This document shows, piece by piece, positions 56,916 to 64,000 of a stretch of DNA of 64,000 bases; positions within the stretch are counted from its first letter, which is position 1, and each line of letters begins with the position of its first letter. This DNA is from Thermoanaerobaculia bacterium. GTDB taxonomy: Bacteria > Acidobacteriota > Thermoanaerobaculia > UBA5066. The DNA lies in the NCBI GenBank assembly GCA_022071945.1, contig JAJVIN010000021.1, positions 32,452 to 96,451 of the forward strand. Reading direction: 5' to 3'. The position numbers and the translations under genes are program-made. Below the pieces are notes generated by a model. The model saw only the letters and a list, made by a program, of their open reading frames with translations, did no database searches and was not told where the DNA came from.

Positions 56916-59654
56916 ATGTCAAAGAAGATCCTGATTCCCATATGTGCTGCTGTGTTCATCCTGCTCGGTCTCCCCGCGACCCTCTGGGCCCAGGGTTCGG
57001 TCACGGGGCGAATCGAGGGAGTCGTCAAGGACAACACCGGCGCCGCGTTGCCCGGGGTCGCCGTCACGGCGTCCTCGGATGCCCTGGTCATGCGGAAGAC
57101 GACAACCGTCACAGACAGTCGCGGCGCCTACCGCTTCCCGGCGCTCCCTCCAGGGAAGTACACGGTGGAGGCAATGCTGACGGGATTCGAGACCGCACGC
57201 CGGGAAGGCGTGAAGGTCATCCTCTCGCAGGCCATCGCCGTCGACCTCGTGCTGGACGTCTCGAAGGTCTCGGCCACCGTCACGGTGACGGGCGAGGCGC
57301 CTCTCGTCAGCGTCGTCTCCAATAGCGTCTCGGCGAACTTCGGCCAGGACTACCTGGAAAAGCAGGCGGTCCCCCGTAACTACTACCAGGTGATCACGAG
57401 CGCTCCCGGCGTCAACGCCGACGCCCTCTCGTCGAGCGGCAGCGCGATCCTCGCCTACGGCGCCACGACGGAGGGACAGAATGCCTACACCCTCGATGGC
57501 GTCAACATCGCCGACACCGGCTCCGGTCAGCACTGGCTCCTCCCCAGCATCCAGTGGATGGAGGAAATCCAGATCATGGGCCTCGGGGCCAATGCCGAGT
57601 TCGGCGGGTACACCGGCGGCATCATCAACGGCGTCACGAAGTCTGGCGGGAACGAGTTCAAGGGAGGATTCGAGGTCTACTACGAGCCCGAATCCTGGGT
57701 CTCGGACAACACCGACGGGGACACTCAGGAGACGTTCAAGTTCGAGGACTACTCCCTGAGCCTCGGAGGGCCGATCGTCAGGGACAAGCTCTGGTTCTTC
57801 GCCAGCGCCGAGTACTGGCACCAGGTCTCGACCCCCGTCGGCGCCGCCGGCACCTCCGACCGGAAGATCCCCCGGTTCCTGGGAAAAGTGACGTACCAGA
57901 TGAACGAGAAGAACCGCGTCTTCGTGATGGGCGAATACGATGCCGTGACCAACGACCGGCGCGGAATCAGCACCTACACGCTCCCCACCGGCGCGCAGAA
58001 GCAGGACGGCCCGGGCTTCAACTTCTCCCTGAACTGGGAGTCCCTCGTCTCCTCGTCGAACTTCCTCAACCTCAAGGTCACGGGCTACGACGGGAACGAC
58101 GACTACCTCCCCTACGGCGGGACGTCGATGCCGGGCAACAATGACTACTACAACACCGAGTACATCTGGAACAACGCCCCCTTCCAGAACCTCTCCCACC
58201 GCCATCTCGTGACGGGAGACGCCTCGTGGAGCCTCTTCGTGGACGGGCTCGTCGCCAAGACCGACTCGCACTCGTTCAAGTTCGGGGGCCTTTACGAGGA
58301 AGCCAACGCCACCGACTCGTGGCGGCGCAACGGCGGCTTCACTTACTACGACGACTCCTCTCAGTGTGACTCCCTCGACGCGTACTTCGCGAACCCGGCG
58401 TGCGGGCGCTACGAGCGCTCTAGAGGCTATGGCGAGTACGAGGTCCACGCTCAGCACAAGGGCTGGACGCTCTACGCTCAGGACTCCATGCGCCTCAACC
58501 GTGTCACTGTCAACTTCGGTCTGCGCTACACGGGCTACCGGGCCGGGTGGCAGGAAGGGTTCGGCGACTCGACCGTCTACTCTACTGACTTCGTCGACCC
58601 GCGCATCGGCTTCGCCTGGGATGTCGCCGGCAACGCCAAGTGGGCCGTGAAGGCGCACTGGGGCCGCTACCACTCCTCGATGTACACGTATCTGTACGAC
58701 CGCGAGCGGTCGGGCCACGCCACGATCCAGGACGCGGACAGCTCCTGGGACCCGGATACCAACACATGGGGACCGTGGGTCAATGCCGGCGCGCCGATCG
58801 AGGCCGCCATGGGCAGCACCTCGCACCCGTATGTCGACGAGACGCTCATCACCGTCGAGCACCAGCTCGGCAAGGACATGTCCCTCGGCCTCGACTTCAT
58901 CGACAGACGGTTCGCCAACATCATGGGGCTCGTCAACACCAACGATGACTACACGGCGGTCACGACCACCAACCCGTACACCGGGGGAACCCTCCAGATC
59001 TGGACCCTCAATACGCCGCAGAACTGGGTCCTGACGACCGACAACCCCGGGTACCGGACGTACGACTCCTTCGTCCTGCGGTACGAGAAGCGGTACGCGC
59101 AAGGCTGGCAGCTCCGCTCCTCCCTTGTCTGGACGGACCTGAAGGGCAACGTTCTGAAGAACAACGGCTACGCGGACGAGCTGAGGGACAAGAATGGACT
59201 CGTGAACGCCGACGGGAGGATGGACCTCTCTTACAACGAGTGGGAGTTCAAACTCTCCGGCGCCGTCGACCTCCCGGTCGGGTTTGTTCTCAGCGGCCAG
59301 TACACGTATCTCTCCGGGCAGTACTACACGCCCTATGCCAGGGTCGACGCCTTCCTCGACGAGAATTCCTCTAGCGGCCGTTACGTCAACCTCACCGAGC
59401 GCGGCGCCGAGAAGCTCCCGGCTCGCAACATTCTCGACCTCCGCCTCGCGTGGGGGACGAAGATCGCCAAGTCCTTCCGTCTCGACCTTTCCCTCGAGTG
59501 CTTCAATGTCCTGAACACGGGCGAGACACTCGACCTCGACACGTACTATGCCCGATACAGACGGGGGCAGTGGCAACTCCAGCCCAACTACGGCACCCCG
59601 ACTGCCATCGAGAAGCCGCGCGAGTTCCGCGCCGGCTTGCGCTTCTCCTTCTGA
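56916..59654 (+). CDS. TonB-dependent outer-membrane receptor with an N-terminal carboxypeptidase-regulatory-like domain.
   Basis: Signal peptide, then a CarboxypepD_reg-like domain (GSVTGRIEGVVKDNTGAALPGVAVTA), a plug, and a beta-barrel. The C-terminus ends in F. Confidence 0.85.
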   Translation: MSKKILIPICAAVFILLGLPATLWAQGSVTGRIEGVVKDNTGAALPGVAVTASSDALVMRKTTTVTDSRGAYRFPALPPGKYTVEAMLTGFETARREGVKVILSQAIAVDLVLDVSKVSATVTVTGEAPLVSVVSNSVSANFGQDYLEKQAVPRNYYQVITSAPGVNADALSSSGSAILAYGATTEGQNAYTLDGVNIADTGSGQHWLLPSIQWMEEIQIMGLGANAEFGGYTGGIINGVTKSGGNEFKGGFEVYYEPESWVSDNTDGDTQETFKFEDYSLSLGGPIVRDKLWFFASAEYWHQVSTPVGAAGTSDRKIPRFLGKVTYQMNEKNRVFVMGEYDAVTNDRRGISTYTLPTGAQKQDGPGFNFSLNWESLVSSSNFLNLKVTGYDGNDDYLPYGGTSMPGNNDYYNTEYIWNNAPFQNLSHRHLVTGDASWSLFVDGLVAKTDSHSFKFGGLYEEANATDSWRRNGGFTYYDDSSQCDSLDAYFANPACGRYERSRGYGEYEVHAQHKGWTLYAQDSMRLNRVTVNFGLRYTGYRAGWQEGFGDSTVYSTDFVDPRIGFAWDVAGNAKWAVKAHWGRYHSSMYTYLYDRERSGHATIQDADSSWDPDTNTWGPWVNAGAPIEAAMGSTSHPYVDETLITVEHQLGKDMSLGLDFIDRRFANIMGLVNTNDDYTAVTTTNPYTGGTLQIWTLNTPQNWVLTTDNPGYRTYDSFVLRYEKRYAQGWQLRSSLVWTDLKGNVLKNNGYADELRDKNGLVNADGRMDLSYNEWEFKLSGAVDLPVGFVLSGQYTYLSGQYYTPYARVDAFLDENSSSGRYVNLTERGAEKLPARNILDLRLAWGTKIAKSFRLDLSLECFNVLNTGETLDLDTYYARYRRGQWQLQPNYGTPTAIEKPREFRAGLRFSF

Positions 59655-59670
59655 TCTGACCACCAGGCTG

Positions 59671-59708
59671 GGCGGGGTGTCCGGAAACGGCTGCCCCGCC
59701 CCTTTTTC
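59671..59708. terminator. Rho-independent terminator after the TonB-dependent receptor.
   Basis: GGCGGGG...CCCCGCC stem followed by CCTTTTTCG. Confidence 0.6.
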
Positions 59709-59724
59709 GTCTGCGGAGCACTTC

Positions 59725-60627
59725 GTGAAGCATCCCGTGACCCTGCGTCCTCTTCGTCGACTGCCGCTGCTCTTCCTGGTCCTCGCTCTGGCGGCGGTGC
59801 CCGCCGGGGCCGAGCCGGCTCTCGCCGGCCGTGGGCATCTGGTCCTGATCGGCGGTGGCGAGAAGCCGGCCGACGCGATGCTGAAGTTCATCGAGCTTTC
59901 GGGCGGCAAGGACGCGCCGATCGTGATGATCCCGACCGCGTCCACCGACGCGGACGCTCCCGAGTTCTACGAGAAGCTCTTCCGCGAGACCTTCGGGTGC
60001 GAAAAGGCCGTGTCGCTTCGGATTCGAAGCAAGGCCGACGCGTCGCGGCCCGACTACGTCGAACTCGCGGCCAGAGCCCGGGGAATCTTCTTCGGGGGAG
60101 GAGACCAGATCCGGATCACGGGGGCCCTCCTGGGGACTCCCGTGGGCGATGCCATCGCCCGCTCCTTCGCGCATGGCGCGGTCGTTGGCGGGACCTCCGC
60201 CGGAACTGCCTGTCAGAGCGAGGTCATGATCACGGGAGAAGGGGACTTCTCCGTCATCCGGACGCGAAGTGTCGAGACCTGGCAGGGACTGGGATTCCTC
60301 CCCGCCGGAGTCGTCGTCGACCAGCACTTCATCAAGCGGCAGCGCGAGAACCGCCTCCTCTCGGTCATTCTCGAGAACCCCAGCCTGCTCGGCGTAGGCG
60401 TTGACGAGGAGACCGCGATCTGGGTGCGGCCAGACGGGACGTTTCAGGTTCTGGGAAAGAGCAGTGTCATGGTCGTCGACGCCAAGGGCGCGGCTCCGAG
60501 CCGCCAGGCACGGCCCACGGGCCAGGACTCGCTCGGCGTCCACGATCTGAAGGTCCACGTTCTCCTTCCGGGCGAACAGTTCGACCTCGGCTCCCGCGCG
60601 GTCCTGCCGGTGCCGCCCGGTCGCTGA
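59725..60627 (+). CDS. Secreted cyanophycinase / peptidase S51 family (CphE-like).
   Basis: Signal peptide. S51 signature GTSAG with the conserved GGG...Q.HF region. A GTG start follows GGAG. Confidence 0.7.
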   Translation: MKHPVTLRPLRRLPLLFLVLALAAVPAGAEPALAGRGHLVLIGGGEKPADAMLKFIELSGGKDAPIVMIPTASTDADAPEFYEKLFRETFGCEKAVSLRIRSKADASRPDYVELAARARGIFFGGGDQIRITGALLGTPVGDAIARSFAHGAVVGGTSAGTACQSEVMITGEGDFSVIRTRSVETWQGLGFLPAGVVVDQHFIKRQRENRLLSVILENPSLLGVGVDEETAIWVRPDGTFQVLGKSSVMVVDAKGAAPSRQARPTGQDSLGVHDLKVHVLLPGEQFDLGSRAVLPVPPGR

Positions 60628-60803
60628 GCGGTCGCGCCAGCTTCCATCCAACGACCGCGGGTGACGGGTCCAGCGACCCGGGCGCGGTCTACGGGCGCCC
60701 GTGTCGCGGACGAGACGGCCTGGAGCACAGGGGCTCCTCCTCCCGCCTTGGCCTCCACTCCCTCTGCTAGCATGCGTCCATTCCCCTCGACCGGAGGTTG
60801 ACC

Positions 60804-63611
60804 ATGAACGAGCGGGCCAGCCGGAAGATCCCCGTCACCGAACGGCAGTTCCTCTGGGTACAGGACGACGACAAGGGCGAAGTGACCCTCCACGTCGGCC
60901 CGACGATGGTGTCACCGACCGCCGCGGACCGCGTCGTCGTCGATGACGGGCTCGGAGGGTTCCGAGAGGACCCGACCGGAAAGCCGCAGATGATGGTCGA
61001 GGTCAGCGACATCCAGTACGCCGTCCTCTTCAATCCGCTCCTGGAGCCGGACGGGGGCCCGAACGGGAAGTTCAAGCAGGGCCGCAACGAGTCGCGGCCC
61101 CTGAAGAACGGGACGCGATCGATGATCCCCGGACCGTGCAGCTTCTGGCTGCGGCCGGGACAGCGCGTGGAGGTCCGGGACGCCCATGAACTCGCCTCGG
61201 ATCAGTACCTCGTCGTCAAGGTCTATGGAGAGGTCGACCGGACCGCTCCCTTCTACGACCTGACGGCCCGCTCCGCGCGCATCACTCGCGCCACCGCCGA
61301 GAACGTGGGCGGAGACAAGAAGGACAGCACCCGCCTCGCCGACCTCGAGCCGAGCGAGTTGCAGCGCGGTCAGCTCATCGTCATCCGGGGGCTCGACACC
61401 CAGCTCTACATGCCGCCCACGGGTGTCGACGTCGTCCCGGATACCTCCGTCGATCCCTCCGGACTGGGTCTCTCCGCCGAGGCGGCCCGGACGCTCCTCA
61501 ACCAGCTTTCGTCGGAGGTTTCGGAGCCGAAACCCGAAGCTCTTCTGCCGGCAACCGAGGAGGAGTATCCGAACATCCCCGAGGCGCAAAAACAGGTCAT
61601 GCGCCGCGGGCTCGCAGAGGCGGACACAGTCGATCAGGCAGCCCGCAGCCGGCAGAAGAAGTTGATGCCGCCGCCAATGGCGGTCCAGTCGGCGATGGCG
61701 CCGCCCCCGGCACCCCCTCCGCCCTCCCCGGCGCCGGCTCCATCCCTGTCCGAGTTCCTCGCGGTTCCCGAGGTCCGCCGTGCCCTCGAGCGCCAGGCGC
61801 GGCAGGCGAGACTCATCAGACGCGCGGTCGTCCTCGGTGAAAAGGAGTACTGCGTCATCATCGACGCGGACGGCAAGCGCGAGATCAAGTTCGGCCCGGC
61901 TCGCGTCTTTCCCGGACCTTACGACCAGTTCCAGGTCAAGGGCTCGCGCAACCGGATCTACGACGCCTACGAACTCCTCCCACAGCGGGCCCTCTGGCTC
62001 CGGATAATCTCGCCCATCTCACGGGCGGAACTTGCCGCGAAGCTCCCGAAAGGCGTCACCCTCGATCAGGAGCACTACACGCCCGGCGACGAACTCCTCT
62101 TGACGGGCGTCTCAACGTTCTTCTTTCCCTTCAACGAGATCGAGGTCCTCTCGCCTGAATCGGGAGAAGCCATCGTCGGCAACGATCACTCGCGCGTCTT
62201 CATCGAGGCCATCGGGATCGACCAGAAGAGCGGGATCTACGTGCGCGACCTCTCGACCGGCGAGGCGCGTCTCGTACGCGGAAAGCTGTCCTACCTGGTC
62301 GATCCGAGGAAAGAAGTCCAGATCACGCGGACGGTTCCGGCCGACGACTGGAACCTCTGGATCGCGGCGATGGAGCCTCACAAGCGGACCAGCGTGCCCG
62401 TGACCACTCCGTGGGCCGTTTCCATCACGGTCCCCCACAACACGGCCGTTCTCGTCACTTCCGCCGATGGCCAGCGCGTCGCGGAGGGGCCGTGCGTGAC
62501 CCTCCTCGGCTACGAGGAGAGACTGACGCCTCTGTCGCTGTCGACGAGTACCCCGAAGACGGACGAGCGGCTCCTGCGGACGTGTTTCCTCCGGTCGACG
62601 GGCAACCGGGTCTCTGACGAGATCTCGGTCGAGACGGCGGACTTCGTCCGGATCTCCATCCGGGTGTCGTATTCCGTCACGTTCTTGCCGGAGCTCCGCC
62701 AGAGGTGGTTCAACCACGAGAACTACATCCAGGTTCTTTGCGAGCACCTGCGTTCCCTCGTCAGGAGCCGCTGTCGCACCATGACCCTGTCGGCCCTCTG
62801 GCCGCAGCTTCCGAACTTGATCCGCGACACCATCCTGGGTGAGCGGACGGCCGAGGGACGCAAGGGCCGCATCCTCAACGAGAACGGCCTCATCGTCAGC
62901 GAGGTCGAGATCCTCCTCTCCAAGATCGAGGATGCGGAGATCGGCGACCTGATGCGGAAGGTGCAGACCCAGTCGGTGACGCTCCAGATCGGCGACCGCC
63001 AGGCACAGGAAGCACTCGCCTCGGCCCGCCTGCGCTCGGAAGTCGAGAAGGAGCAGAAAGACCTCGAGATGTCGGGACACGAGCGGTCCGCGGCCGTCAG
63101 GGAGTTGGTCAGGCGACTCACGCACGGGGACGTGATGGGACGGGTGAAGGACGAGGAAGCCGTGGCGATGGAGCGGAGTTCTCTCGCCCAGCAACGGGAA
63201 GACCTCGTCCAGAAAGCCGAACTCGAGAGACAAAAGGAGAAGCGAGAGACCGAACTGCTTCTCGTTCAGAGGGACGCGAGCGTGCGGTCAGAAGCCCAGA
63301 GGGCCCTGCAGTCCGCCGACGCCGAGTTCAAGGAGAGGCTCCACGAACTCGAGGTGAAACTGATCCAGGCGCAATCGGCCGCCTCGGTGGCCGAAAAGGA
63401 GGCCGTGCAGCGGGGCCTCATCGAGGCGCTGACGGCGCTCGGCGACAAGGTCCTCCTGAGCGAGGCGGCGGCCAACATGAACCTCGTCTCTCTTCTGAAG
63501 GGCAAGGATGTCGCCTCGCTCCTCTCGGAAGTCTTCGGCGGGACGAAGGTCATGCCGACCCTCGCGGCCATGGTTGAGAAATTCGGGACTCAGCCCCCGC
63601 CAAAGAGCTGA
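60804..63611 (+). CDS. Major vault protein (MVP) homolog: N-terminal vault repeats, shoulder (SPFH-like) domain and a C-terminal coiled-coil cap helix.
   Basis: Colinear similarity to eukaryotic MVP runs from the N-terminus to the cap. EYCVIIDADGK aligns with NYCVILDPVGPDGK. GIYVRDLSTGEARLVRG aligns with GIYVQDVKTGKVRAVIG. VTTPWAVSITVPHNTAV aligns with VVSYRVPHNAAV. ISVETADFVRISIRVSYSVTF aligns with [21 protein letters not shown]. The start is preferred at ATG 60804 with GGAGG at 6-nt spacing, but the TTG at 60798 heading the listed ORF is only 1 nt after the GGAGG, so the start is uncertain. Confidence 0.85.
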   Translation: MNERASRKIPVTERQFLWVQDDDKGEVTLHVGPTMVSPTAADRVVVDDGLGGFREDPTGKPQMMVEVSDIQYAVLFNPLLEPDGGPNGKFKQGRNESRPLKNGTRSMIPGPCSFWLRPGQRVEVRDAHELASDQYLVVKVYGEVDRTAPFYDLTARSARITRATAENVGGDKKDSTRLADLEPSELQRGQLIVIRGLDTQLYMPPTGVDVVPDTSVDPSGLGLSAEAARTLLNQLSSEVSEPKPEALLPATEEEYPNIPEAQKQVMRRGLAEADTVDQAARSRQKKLMPPPMAVQSAMAPPPAPPPPSPAPAPSLSEFLAVPEVRRALERQARQARLIRRAVVLGEKEYCVIIDADGKREIKFGPARVFPGPYDQFQVKGSRNRIYDAYELLPQRALWLRIISPISRAELAAKLPKGVTLDQEHYTPGDELLLTGVSTFFFPFNEIEVLSPESGEAIVGNDHSRVFIEAIGIDQKSGIYVRDLSTGEARLVRGKLSYLVDPRKEVQITRTVPADDWNLWIAAMEPHKRTSVPVTTPWAVSITVPHNTAVLVTSADGQRVAEGPCVTLLGYEERLTPLSLSTSTPKTDERLLRTCFLRSTGNRVSDEISVETADFVRISIRVSYSVTFLPELRQRWFNHENYIQVLCEHLRSLVRSRCRTMTLSALWPQLPNLIRDTILGERTAEGRKGRILNENGLIVSEVEILLSKIEDAEIGDLMRKVQTQSVTLQIGDRQAQEALASARLRSEVEKEQKDLEMSGHERSAAVRELVRRLTHGDVMGRVKDEEAVAMERSSLAQQREDLVQKAELERQKEKRETELLLVQRDASVRSEAQRALQSADAEFKERLHELEVKLIQAQSAASVAEKEAVQRGLIEALTALGDKVLLSEAAANMNLVSLLKGKDVASLLSEVFGGTKVMPTLAAMVEKFGTQPPPKS

Positions 63612-63662
63612 GCCGTCCCCTTCGCCTCCTTCGAGGCTCCCAGACGTTCGGACGTCCGGTCT

Positions 63663-63692
63663 CCCCTTCTCCCGCACTTGCGGGAGAAGGGG
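63663..63692. terminator. Bidirectional terminator: perfect 12-bp stem CCCCTTCTCCCG cacttg CGGGAGAAGGGG.
   Basis: Read directly from the sequence, between MVP and the convergent gene. Confidence 0.7.
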
Positions 63693-63706
63693 CCGGGGGA
63701 TGAGGG

Positions 63707-64000
63707 TTACGGCATCGGCACGAGCCCCAGCGTCCTCGCCAGGAACTCCCCGATCTGCGCCCGGGTCACAAGATCATTCGGACAGAACTTCAGGTTGTTT
63801 CCAGGTGTCCCGGAGCATCCCGACGTGATCCGGTCCTGGAAGGCCAGGTTCGCTTCGCGGCGCGGCCACCCAGGTACGTCCATTGCGCCACCGGCGTCAG
63901 TCCACCCCTTGCATGCCGGGTAGGCGACCGCACAGCCCGGATCCGTCTCGCCCACCGTCGACAGAAGCGTGTTGAGGACTCCCGTCTGCCGCAGCCGCTC
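63707..64000 (-). CDS. C-terminal part of a protein of unknown function (5' end beyond the window).
   Basis: The open frame continues to the window edge. The C-terminus has the Cys-rich pattern DPGCAVAYPAC...SGCSGTPGNNLKFCPNDLVTRAQIGEFLAR. Confidence 0.4.
   Translation of the reverse strand, partial: ERLRQTGVLNTLLSTVGETDPGCAVAYPACKGWTDAGGAMDVPGWPRREANLAFQDRITSGCSGTPGNNLKFCPNDLVTRAQIGEFLARTLGLVPMP

Overview
This is a high-GC (about 68%) bacterial chromosomal window. The gene content points to Acidobacteriota: a CarboxypepD_reg-type TonB-dependent receptor, an imuA-imuB-dnaE2 cassette, and many genes joined by 4-nt start/stop overlaps. Most of the window is ordinary housekeeping. The called genes include an EF-G paralog, nrdR, Hsp20 and Lon, thiL, aroA, a ubiE-folD-coaE run, purB, rlpA, sppA, ddl, a serA-serC pair, gpmA and etfAB. 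Several things deserve a second look.

- **Vault protein homolog (60804..63611).** A full-length homolog of the eukaryotic major vault protein sits alone between two strong terminators.
- **Repeat structure between imuB and dnaE2.** A 604-bp segment is present in two tandem copies. Each copy carries a roughly 284-bp MITE-like element with perfect 41-bp terminal inverted repeats, an array of 33-bp tandem repeats derived from the imuB 3' end, and a repeated 9-bp sequence ATGACTGAG that is also the dnaE2 start.
- **Sigma-54 regulator operon.** A 1339-aa sigma-54 activator with an in-frame 18-bp tandem repeat is translationally coupled to aroA, two orphan ABC permeases and a TPR membrane protein.
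- **Signalling genes.** An FHA-GAF-nucleotidyl cyclase lies in an operon with arginine deiminase and a TonB-like lipoprotein. A non-RD (HGD/DFD) protein kinase with a 310-aa C-terminal extension lies upstream of a PAS protein, a hypothetical protein and an AMP nucleosidase.
- **Putative cyanophycin-utilisation locus.** GntR regulator, TonB-dependent receptor and secreted cyanophycinase are adjacent.
- **Smaller items.** A zinc-ribbon micro-ORF is coupled to purB, and two Uma2-family endonuclease paralogs are present.

Many long ORFs in the track are antisense artefacts of the GC bias and were not called.
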